32,000 bases of DNA, from contig NZ_CP064925.1 in assembly GCF_018336915.1 (NCBI RefSeq), positions 90,001 through 122,000 of the forward strand, written 5' to 3'. The notes below the pieces were generated by a model. It ran no database searches and was not told where the DNA came from. It worked only from the letters and a program-made list of their open reading frames with translations. The DNA is from Acaryochloris marina S15 (lineage in GTDB: Bacteria > Cyanobacteriota > Cyanobacteriia > Thermosynechococcales > Thermosynechococcaceae). Positions 8,491 through 15,117 of the stretch are shown here, one piece after another (position 1 is the stretch's first letter; every line of letters begins with the position of its first letter). Position numbers and translations under genes: made by a program.

Positions 8491-8907
8491 TTAGCCTTCC
8501 AGATGCTTCAAGTAATCATCGACAGCGGCTTGATGTGCCTCATAAAGTTTTGGGTTTGCTTCGAGATGCTGTGCCATTGAGATTTTCTTGGATGCTTCAA
8601 CGGCAGCTATGAAGTCTACTTTTCTGACATAGGGACCGAGCTTCTTGACCAATGGGTTGGAGCCGACCCAGACAGCGGTAGTCATGGGGTCAATATCAGG
8701 CTCTACGCTCTGGATGTCATAGCCCAGTTCGCGACAAGCCTCTACCAGTTCGTGCTGATAAAGTCTCCTCCGATTACCAGGTTCAATCAGTTCTTTGCGG
8801 TAGAACCTCTTGAATTCCTCAGCCTCATCGACTGGATCATCAGCTTGGGAACGCATGAACCCTTGAGTGACTTGTTGCCAAAGTCTGGACAAGAAAGTTT
8901 TAAGCAT
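8491..8907 (-). CDS. degenerate paralogue of the relaxase N-terminus (138 aa)
   Basis: DIDPMTTAVWVGSNPLVKKLGPYVRKVDF and ISMAQHLEANPKLYEAHQAAV align to DIDRMSTAVWVGSNAIVQKLGTYVKREDF and VSMALHLEGDNRLFDAHMEAV of the relaxase. The DNA word TTGGAGCCGACCCAGACAGC is shared at 8327-8346 and 8657-8676. The YY motifs and the SAPKS segment are missing. Confidence 0.6.
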   Translation of the reverse strand: MLKTFLSRLWQQVTQGFMRSQADDPVDEAEEFKRFYRKELIEPGNRRRLYQHELVEACRELGYDIQSVEPDIDPMTTAVWVGSNPLVKKLGPYVRKVDFIAAVEASKKISMAQHLEANPKLYEAHQAAVDDYLKHLEG

Positions 8908-8970
8908 GGGAATACCTGCATGAATTTTTAAAAAGCGATTCCATCGACCACGGATGTGATCGTTCTCGTG

Positions 8971-9073
8971 AAAACTACAGAGATGCTACTGAGTACTACA
9001 GAGCGGAGTTACAAAACAACTACGGTTGTACTACGTGGTGTTACGAAAATGTTTCTGAATGTACTACGAAAAT
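8971..9073 (+). promoter_or_regulatory. iteron cluster; candidate parC-like centromere and/or part of oriT
   Basis: ACTAC starts at 8974, 8995, 9019, 9030 and 9063, plus a TTACG variant at 9041, giving spacings of about 11 or 22 nt. Longer words are each repeated twice: ACTACAGAG, GTACTACG and TACGAAAAT. The cluster lies between the relaxase operon and the ParM-like gene. Confidence 0.45.
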
Positions 9074-9223
9074 TTAGGGTCAGCCCGATCTGGGGATTTT
9101 CCGTTCCGGTGCCTCGGAGTGGTGATGGGTGTGGGAGCCTCAGCGACCCTCCAGAACCTCTTGAATCTGCCCTCAAAGTAGCACCATCTCTAGGATCCTT
9201 GCAAATAGGGCTTTCGAGTACCT

Positions 9224-9238
9224 AAACGACCCCCAATC
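9224..9238 (+). repeat. 15-mer AAACGACCCCCAATC, copy 1
   Basis: Exact second copy at 13502-13516. Both lie 60-80 nt upstream of the first gene of an apparent operon. Confidence 0.5.
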
Positions 9239-9260
9239 GACCCCTAAAAACGGCAATTTT

Positions 9261-9287
9261 GGGCGGGGGTATATTACCTTGTCTAAC
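9261..9287 (+). promoter_or_regulatory. conserved promoter/operator motif, copy a (GGGCGGGGGTATATTACCTTGTCTAAC)
   Basis: Member of a six-copy, same-orientation family. The TATATT hexamer lies about 30 nt upstream of the ATG at 9304. Confidence 0.55.
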
Positions 9288-9303
9288 TCAAGAGTTTTTC
9301 AAG

Positions 9304-10428
9304 ATGACTACAAAAATATTTTTGACGGTCGATGTCGGTGCAAGTTTGACCAAAGCCTTCTTGCAAATTGCAGCAGATGGCAAGCTTCCGATCGAGAAAT
9401 GCATCACCCAACCCTCTGCTGTTCTCAGAACAACTGAGAGCTTCTATGAGGAGATGGACCACGATAACTCTGCTCACAGTTCCCTCCTTTGCTATGGGGG
9501 GATGTACTGGCAGACGGGCCAGATTGCCGAATCCAATCTCAGGCAGACCAACACGGACCAGCACAAGCACCCGGAAGCGATTGCCAAGGTGCTGTCGATT
9601 GCGGGGTATGCCATTTCCAAGGCTGGCAACGGAGCTGAGATGTATTTGGACTTGCTGCTGCCGAAGAGTGAGGAGCCGAGCTTTACCCAGATGAAGCGAG
9701 ATTTGGCGAAGTACGTCAGCAAGTTTTGGTATGGGTCGAAGCAACTGACCTGTGCGCCGAAGTTTGTGAGGGTCTTACCTGAGAGTGCGGGGATTGTCTC
9801 GCATGTCCAGACCTATCCCTCGATCATTCTGATGTTTGGTCACAAGGACTTTACTCTGACGAAGATCAAGGATCAGCATAGTGGCTTGGCCTACATCCAG
9901 ACATGGGCAGGTCGAGGTTCGTTGATGATTCAGCGTCATATGAGCTGGACCCCCTCGAATGAGCTGACAGGTGCCAAGCTGGTGTTTTCACAAGGAACAG
10001 GTCAAAAAGGGCTTGAAAAGGCATTTGGGGATGAGGCTGGCCCTGTCGTGGCTTCCTTGCGCCAAGCCAGAGAACTGTACTGGGTGAATCTCCAGCAGCA
10101 ACTGAATAGTGACATTGATGTGGTGCAGGCCAAGCGCATCTATGTCGCGGGTGGTGGAGCGCCTGCCTGGTCCAAGCAACTCAAGGAATCCTTTAGCGGC
10201 AAATTAGACTTGCTCGGTTCAGTGATTCGCACCATTGGCCGAGAATTCCCAGAGTGGTCAAAGTCTCCGATGACCTACCGCCTGACGGATGCCTATCTGG
10301 TGTGGCGACAGAATGCGGATCGTCCTGAAACGCTGCAAACTCCGCCTACTCGCAGTGCCAAGACTCCTAAAACCACTAAGGCCATTAAGACAGCAAAGAG
10401 TGCAAAAGCGGAGGTGAGCAATGTCTGA
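9304..10428 (+). CDS. ParM/StbA-like actin-fold ATPase with a basic K/T/A-rich C-terminal tail
   Basis: The phosphate-1 motif FLTVDVGASLTK and the adenosine motif YVAGGGAPAW fit the actin/ParM fold. I prefer the ATG at 9304 because the upstream part of the tracked ORF is the regulatory motif. The tail reads TPPTRSAKTPKTTKAIKTAKSAKAEV. Confidence 0.6.
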   Translation: MTTKIFLTVDVGASLTKAFLQIAADGKLPIEKCITQPSAVLRTTESFYEEMDHDNSAHSSLLCYGGMYWQTGQIAESNLRQTNTDQHKHPEAIAKVLSIAGYAISKAGNGAEMYLDLLLPKSEEPSFTQMKRDLAKYVSKFWYGSKQLTCAPKFVRVLPESAGIVSHVQTYPSIILMFGHKDFTLTKIKDQHSGLAYIQTWAGRGSLMIQRHMSWTPSNELTGAKLVFSQGTGQKGLEKAFGDEAGPVVASLRQARELYWVNLQQQLNSDIDVVQAKRIYVAGGGAPAWSKQLKESFSGKLDLLGSVIRTIGREFPEWSKSPMTYRLTDAYLVWRQNADRPETLQTPPTRSAKTPKTTKAIKTAKSAKAEVSNV

Positions 10429-10828
10429 TATCTACTTCAAGGTAAAGACTCAGTGGAAACTCACCTCTGAGCGGGGGGTAATTGTCAAAACGGTTCGCAA
10501 TCACTACGGCCCTGGCCCCAGCTTCACCCGCCTATGTATGGACATTATGTTTTCGGTGCTGAAGGTACTGTCCGTAGCCATCCAAACTCGTAATCGAGCT
10601 GCGATTCAAGGAGCCATAGAGGTTTCCAAGGTTCAAGTTGAAGGCTATTACCAGATGGCTTTGGGGCTAGCTCAAGCGGAGGTGCAATTGCCCGTCATGG
10701 TTGAACCAGCACCAAATACCCCTGACGGACCATTACCAGCGGAAGTTGATGACCTTGGTGGTATATCCCCTGTGGATGAGTCACAAGTGGAATTCGAGGA
10801 ATTTGAACCGTTCGTTATGGATGACTGA
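10421..10828 (+). CDS. hypothetical protein; candidate ParR-like adaptor (by position only)
   Basis: 135-aa ORF whose start overlaps the upstream stop (ATGTCTGA), suggesting translational coupling. It has an acidic/hydrophobic C-terminus, VEFEEFEPFVMDD. Confidence 0.4.
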   Translation: MSDIYFKVKTQWKLTSERGVIVKTVRNHYGPGPSFTRLCMDIMFSVLKVLSVAIQTRNRAAIQGAIEVSKVQVEGYYQMALGLAQAEVQLPVMVEPAPNTPDGPLPAEVDDLGGISPVDESQVEFEEFEPFVMDD

Positions 10829-10881
10829 TTCAACGGGAGGGGGCATGTTCTCAAGTCCCCTCCACTGCCATAAAAACCCTC

Positions 10882-10902
10882 GGCGGTACATTCTTGTAGA
10901 CC
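10882..10902 (+). promoter_or_regulatory. conserved motif, degenerate copy f (GGCGGTACATTCTTGTAGACC)
   Basis: It shares GGCGGTA.ATT..TGT..ACC with the other copies and lies 20 nt upstream of the ATG at 10923. Confidence 0.4.
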
Positions 10903-10922
10903 AATAAATGGAGAAATAAACA

Positions 10923-11558
10923 ATGACGAATGCAACTGAACTAACCCAAACACTGGGCCTTGAGCAGAATGACCTCGACAAGCTGCTACGGGCTTGCGGG
11001 ATGAGCGAGGACGGCTATGACCTGGAAGCCCTGCAAGGTGTTCTCCAACTCAAGGCCGAAAATATTGCTGATACCTACACTCATGGCTGGTGCCTTTACA
11101 CTGCTGACACGTACAAGGTTGACCTCAAGCCCATCCATAAGGCGATTTCTGCTGAAGGGATTGAGACAGGTGATGACCTATACCACCCTCTGTTCACCCT
11201 CGTCTGTGAGCGGGTATCTGAGGAAGGGGTTGACCCCGTTGATGCGGTCAAGACCGAGTTGCAGGGCACCGATGAGCTTGAAGAAGAGGCCAGCCTCGAC
11301 GACATTGATCAAGTTGACGAGGGTATGAAACAGGCACTCAAGGCTGAGTCGCTTAGGACTGCCCGCCGAGTCGCCAGGAATGCTCACAAAACATCAGATC
11401 GGGTCGTGGCTGCTGCCCACCAGTTCCACATGAAGCAACTACGCCATGACCTCAAACAGGTCTTTGCCGAGGAATGGGCGAAGGAAGATGCCCAGGAAGC
11501 TCTTGAGGGCCAGTCGGAGCCGGGAAAGCTTTTGCCAGCCGAGGCCACGGAAGTCTAG
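10923..11558 (+). CDS. hypothetical acidic protein
   Basis: 211-aa ORF with an ATG start and the conserved motif upstream. No family recognised. Confidence 0.5.
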   Translation: MTNATELTQTLGLEQNDLDKLLRACGMSEDGYDLEALQGVLQLKAENIADTYTHGWCLYTADTYKVDLKPIHKAISAEGIETGDDLYHPLFTLVCERVSEEGVDPVDAVKTELQGTDELEEEASLDDIDQVDEGMKQALKAESLRTARRVARNAHKTSDRVVAAAHQFHMKQLRHDLKQVFAEEWAKEDAQEALEGQSEPGKLLPAEATEV

Positions 11559-11566
11559 AACGGCAG

Positions 11567-11884
11567 GTGCTGCTGGAGATGATGAACAGCCAATTCCAGG
11601 TGTGGGCGATGCAATCGAGAGAGGCCATCGCCACTAGAGAGCGGGCAATGATCCTCGCAGACCAGGAAGCCTTACGCGAAGCTGCCAAGAAGCGCAGAGA
11701 GTATGAGTACCGCATGGCACTGCTAGGCGATGTCAGCTACTGGGGCTGGCTGGTGGTGCTAGTCACCCTTCTCGCTGGGTTTTGTGGCTGGTGGCTGCGA
11801 GGAACCATCGCCCCAAGTTCGGCAAATAACAGTGGCGGTATATTACCTGTCACCAGTCAGCCAAATTCACAGGAGGTACATTAA
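11567..11884 (+). CDS. hypothetical single-pass membrane protein
   Basis: GTG at 11567 or ATG at 11579. One clear transmembrane segment (WGWLVVLVTLLAGFCGWWL). The 3' tail overlaps motif copy b. Confidence 0.45.
   Translation: MLLEMMNSQFQVWAMQSREAIATRERAMILADQEALREAAKKRREYEYRMALLGDVSYWGWLVVLVTLLAGFCGWWLRGTIAPSSANNSGGILPVTSQPNSQEVH
11831..11854 (+). promoter_or_regulatory. conserved motif, copy b (AGTGGCGGTATATTACCTGTCACC)
   Basis: As in copy a, CGGCAA lies exactly 13 nt upstream of TATATT. Confidence 0.55.
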
Positions 11885-11910
11885 TCCGTTACCTCCGACT
11901 AAGCAAATCA

Positions 11911-11935
11911 GGGCGGCGGTATATTATCCGTCACC
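11911..11935 (+). promoter_or_regulatory. conserved motif, copy c (GGGCGGCGGTATATTATCCGTCACC)
   Basis: It lies 80 nt downstream of copy b and 31 nt upstream of the ATG at 11966. Confidence 0.55.
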
Positions 11936-11965
11936 TTCAAACCATCTCATTAAGGAAAGAAAATT

Positions 11966-12478
11966 ATGCTTACCCAAGATAGACCCACTCAACCAAAACC
12001 TGAACTGTGGGTTGAGTCTCCATCCTCAAGTCAACTTTTTCTCAAACGCCTGATCCTCGTGAAGGCCATTGTTACCCCCTTGTGGAAAGACGAAGCCCGT
12101 CAACAGCTCCAATCGCAAGCTGACCAACTGGATGAACAGCTAGGCCAACTGGATGCCCAAGTTCAACAAATGGTTGGGGAGCTGAGCCAGCATACTGTCC
12201 AAATCCATCCAGAGGGCAGCTCCATTGCCCAGACCCAGACTCAAATCCAAGGTATCCAGGCCCAGGCCAATGAGCGTAAGGGCGAACTGCTGGAGCAAAA
12301 GACTCAGGTCTTGCAACAACTGGAGCAGATCGAAACTTTGGAGTTGGGCGAGGAAGTTGAGCAAGGCCAGGTCGATAACTTCTTCTATGCCAAGCAAGGC
12401 GACCATCTGATTCGCAAGATGCAGGTTGAGGTTGTGATCCGCGACGGCGTGATTGAAGAGATTCGGGGGGAGCTGTAA
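11966..12478 (+). CDS. coiled-coil protein, YlqD-like
   Basis: 170 aa. The N-terminal beta-like LILVKAIVTPLWKDEA, the Q-rich coiled coil, and the C-terminal KMQVEVVIRDGVIEEIRGEL resemble the YlqD family as I recall it. The family name is unverified. Confidence 0.5.
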   Translation: MLTQDRPTQPKPELWVESPSSSQLFLKRLILVKAIVTPLWKDEARQQLQSQADQLDEQLGQLDAQVQQMVGELSQHTVQIHPEGSSIAQTQTQIQGIQAQANERKGELLEQKTQVLQQLEQIETLELGEEVEQGQVDNFFYAKQGDHLIRKMQVEVVIRDGVIEEIRGEL

Positions 12479-12498
12479 TTCCTGCCTGCCTATTTCAA

Positions 12499-12524
12499 GG
12501 GAGGGTGGCATATTATTTTGCCCC
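12499..12524 (+). promoter_or_regulatory. conserved motif, copy d (GGGAGGGTGGCATATTATTTTGCCCC)
   Basis: Variant with a CATATT hexamer, 43 nt upstream of copy e. Confidence 0.45.
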
Positions 12525-12541
12525 TTCCCAACTCATCAACT

Positions 12542-12570
12542 GAGGGTAGTGGCATATTACTTTGTCACCC
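12542..12570 (+). promoter_or_regulatory. conserved motif, copy e (GAGGGTAGTGGCATATTACTTTGTCACCC)
   Basis: It lies 28 nt upstream of the ATG at 12598, which has an AGGAGA Shine-Dalgarno. Confidence 0.55.
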
Positions 12571-12597
12571 ACTCCACCAAAACTCAGGAGAAGACAT

Positions 12598-13023
12598 ATG
12601 TTAACTGAATTGAGTACAAGGACCGTCCCCAGACAACCCACAATCTTGGAAGAGTTGGGTTCAACGCTCAAGGTTGTTCTAGGTGCAATGTCTGTGAGCT
12701 GTGTTGTATTTGGCTTTCTAGCGGTTTCGCCTTATTTGATTGATGCCAAATGTTCTCGGCCTGGGTATACGCCCGTTACCCTAGCGCAGTGTTTACCAGA
12801 GTCTGAAGTCAAGTCCACGATTTGGGAGGCAAGAATCCCTACACCAATGGGAGGTTTCTATTTGGCTAAAGGAGAACCCATTGCCCAGGTATTTCCTCGG
12901 CTTTTCTCCCTGTGGCTTTTGACCCTTCCTACGGTGGTCGCTACTCATTCTCTAGGACGCTTCGTTTTTGTGAAGCTGGCATTATCTGCCGCTCAATCGC
13001 ATGAATCACGAGATCGTAAATGA
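12598..13023 (+). CDS. hypothetical membrane protein
   Basis: The ATG at 12598 has AGGAGA 5 nt upstream. Two or three hydrophobic segments are present. The longer tracked ORF start would run through motif copy e. Confidence 0.5.
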   Translation: MLTELSTRTVPRQPTILEELGSTLKVVLGAMSVSCVVFGFLAVSPYLIDAKCSRPGYTPVTLAQCLPESEVKSTIWEARIPTPMGGFYLAKGEPIAQVFPRLFSLWLLTLPTVVATHSLGRFVFVKLALSAAQSHESRDRK

Positions 13024-13033
13024 GGGACATCAA

Positions 13034-13435
13034 ATGACTGACCTACCCCCCACAGATGAAACCTTGAAAACAGAATCACTCTCGCCTTCCAGGGAAAGAC
13101 TCAAGCAGCGCTTGTGGATGCTGTTTGTTTGGTTCCCATTGGCGCTGCTAGTAGCTGGGATGATATTCACTTTTGTTGAAGCACCTGATTCCTGTAAGCA
13201 ATCGTTAGCCTGCTTCACAAGCTACACCCTCTCATCCGTGCAGCGAGGTCTAGGGCCAATTGTCGATCCAGTGGGGACGCTACTTTACGCTCCCGGTGTA
13301 GTAGCAATCCCATTAATCCTAGTAGTTGCCTATGTGTACTACTTCGTATTTACGACCATTTTGCAAGTGCTGTATGCCTTGCTTGAGGTTGTGATTGTTC
13401 TGCAAACGAGAGGGAGACAGGACGATACGGGGTGA
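13034..13435 (+). CDS. hypothetical membrane protein
   Basis: The ATG at 13034 is preceded by GAGGGA; an alternative ATG lies at 13001. Several hydrophobic helices are present (LWMLFVWFPLALLVAGMIF, VVAIPLILVVAYVYYFVF). Confidence 0.5.
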   Translation: MTDLPPTDETLKTESLSPSRERLKQRLWMLFVWFPLALLVAGMIFTFVEAPDSCKQSLACFTSYTLSSVQRGLGPIVDPVGTLLYAPGVVAIPLILVVAYVYYFVFTTILQVLYALLEVVIVLQTRGRQDDTG

Positions 13436-13501
13436 TCGCAAATCCATATCAATGACAACTACCTCCATACCACCCCCAGACTTCACACCTAACCACAATA
13501 A

Positions 13502-13516
13502 AAACGACCCCCAATC
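13502..13516 (+). repeat. 15-mer AAACGACCCCCAATC, copy 2
   Basis: Exact copy of 9224-9238, 60 nt upstream of the ATG at 13576. Confidence 0.5.
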
Positions 13517-13575
13517 CTCTGAATCAAGGAGGTCGTCAAGTTCGTTTCTCCTCCAATTATAACGAGGTCACCACA

Positions 13576-13791
13576 ATGACGACTAACCCTTTTTTCGACT
13601 ACTTCGAGCAATCCTGGGTCAACCACCAGACCGACCACGGCCAGCACCCAGACCCATGCACGGGACTTCCATCAGACCAGATCCAAGACCGAGTTTCGTC
13701 CTGGCTGGCTGAGTTCAATCTGCTGATACTGTCTGAGTCTCAGATAGCTGTGAGCATTCGGGCAACAATACGCCGGAGTTACAGGTGGTAA
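13576..13791 (+). CDS. small hypothetical protein (71 aa), first gene of the unknown cluster
   Basis: ATG start with GAGG upstream. Its stop is 2 nt from the next start. Confidence 0.4.
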   Translation: MTTNPFFDYFEQSWVNHQTDHGQHPDPCTGLPSDQIQDRVSSWLAEFNLLILSESQIAVSIRATIRRSYRW

Positions 13792-13793
13792 CG

Positions 13794-14984
13794 ATGAACA
13801 AAACAACATGGTCCATTACGGTTGATCCAGAAACTAGGATTGACCCCAATCGCTGGTTTGATCTAAAGCCTTGCCATTCTGACGAGGAAGTTGAAAGTGT
13901 TGCCCAGAGTCTACATGAACGATCTGCTCACCCTGACGACTGTGACCCTGAAGGTGATGCAGTCATTATGGAGCTTTTGGCTGATGAATACTGGCGTCGT
14001 CGGATGCGCCCGATCTATTTGCAGAAAGGAGAGCTGGGCAATTGCTCACTGGCAATTCGGGTGGAGCTAAGACTAGGAGAATTTGGCACGATCCACTGTG
14101 GCTCGAATGTTTTCCAGCACGAGCATATTCCCCAAGCCCTGCAATTCATTGAAGCACTTGAGGGTCAGGATCTGGAGTACAGCGAGTACTGGATGGCAAT
14201 CGCTGAGCATTCTCAGCCACTGCCACAAGCACCGACGCTTGAGGATTTCTACCAGTATGTTTTGCAGCGATGCCAGCTAGCAATCGAGGACTATCACGAA
14301 CTCCTTAGCTTCTATGTCACGGATCGGAGTGGCTACCTGGAGATTGTCCACGGGCGAGAACCTAGGAGCCTTGAGGGTAAGTATGTCTGGGCACGGTTTG
14401 AAGCTTCTGAATTCCCTGGTGATTGTGAGCGCTGCATCAAGCCACAGAAGGAGGGGTTTGAAACACCTGAAGAAGATCAGCGAGGGATTGAAGATTATTC
14501 CTGCCAGGTTGCACGTCATCTATTTGATGGTTTTCAAGATATCCAGCGTCGTAGGACTGATCGGGGTATGTACTCCCAGAGTCCTCAATCCCTTGCTAAA
14601 CGCCAATCTACTGCTCCCGATCCAGTAACCCAATCCAAGCAGAGAGTCGAGGAACCCATCTTCGACCAGTTAGCACAAATCATTGCTGCCTTTGGAAGTC
14701 CGATGGCTGATGCCGAGGGCGGCACCCTATATGACGATGGTACGTACCTCTTTATGAGGAGTGAGCATGAAATCAATGTTGCCCGGAGTGCTGAGGGTGA
14801 TTATGTCCATCACATTTATCGGAATCTCTGTCTTTTTGACCATCAGGATATTCGGGGTGTTGGACACAACTACTTTTTTGACCACACCACTACTGAGGAT
14901 CGGGCTTACTTTGCTCGATTAGCTGAATCTATTGAAGGCAGGGCACAGGAAGATGCTGAGCCTGAGTTGAATCCTGTCGTTTAA
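13794..14984 (+). CDS. hypothetical protein (about 396 aa)
   Basis: The ATG at 13794 has AGGTGG 5 nt upstream. Long ORF with balanced composition. No recognisable motif. Confidence 0.55.
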   Translation: MNKTTWSITVDPETRIDPNRWFDLKPCHSDEEVESVAQSLHERSAHPDDCDPEGDAVIMELLADEYWRRRMRPIYLQKGELGNCSLAIRVELRLGEFGTIHCGSNVFQHEHIPQALQFIEALEGQDLEYSEYWMAIAEHSQPLPQAPTLEDFYQYVLQRCQLAIEDYHELLSFYVTDRSGYLEIVHGREPRSLEGKYVWARFEASEFPGDCERCIKPQKEGFETPEEDQRGIEDYSCQVARHLFDGFQDIQRRRTDRGMYSQSPQSLAKRQSTAPDPVTQSKQRVEEPIFDQLAQIIAAFGSPMADAEGGTLYDDGTYLFMRSEHEINVARSAEGDYVHHIYRNLCLFDHQDIRGVGHNYFFDHTTTEDRAYFARLAESIEGRAQEDAEPELNPVV

Positions 14985-15117
14985 TTTTTATTTTCTTTAG
15001 GGAATTTGTATTACCTAGGCACTTCAAATCCTGCACAGAAGCTGTAATGCCTAGATAGATTTCCCACTTCATACCTATCACTTGCACTGAAAACACCCGC
15101 CTACGGAGGTGAATCCC

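Noticed and set aside
2962-8580. Many plus-strand ORFs (60-190 aa, for example 6448-7020 and 3772-4149) antisense to the relaxase gene
   Set aside because: They are shadow ORFs inside a long, well-supported minus-strand gene. They have low-complexity or hydrophobic nonsense composition and no start context.
9127-9134. GGGTGTGG, reminiscent of the F-type nic-site core GGTGT/GG
   Set aside because: An 8-nt resemblance with no adjacent relaxase-binding inverted repeat that I could identify. That is too weak to call a nic site, so I only call the wider region a candidate oriT.
8956-9225. 89-aa plus-strand ORF in the relaxase/ParM intergenic region
   Set aside because: It spans the iteron cluster, has no ribosome-binding site, and its repetitive T/V/L peptides are simply translated iterons.
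9283-9744. 153-aa minus-strand ORF and other ORFs overlapping the ParM-like gene
   Set aside because: They are antisense or alternative-frame shadows of a gene with clear actin-fold motifs.
11784-12053. 89-aa ORF with an internal peptide repeat (VAVYYLSPVSQ / AAVYYPSPSN)
   Set aside because: The peptide repeat is the translation of two copies of the DNA motif (b and c). The ORF bridges an intergenic region and overlaps the better-supported 11966 gene.
15007-15022. Possible seventh copy of the promoter/operator motif (TGTATTACCTAGGCAC) upstream of the 1062-aa gene
   Set aside because: Only TATTACCT and a loose G.CAC match, and the GGCGG part is absent. I do not count it as a family member without a statistical scan.
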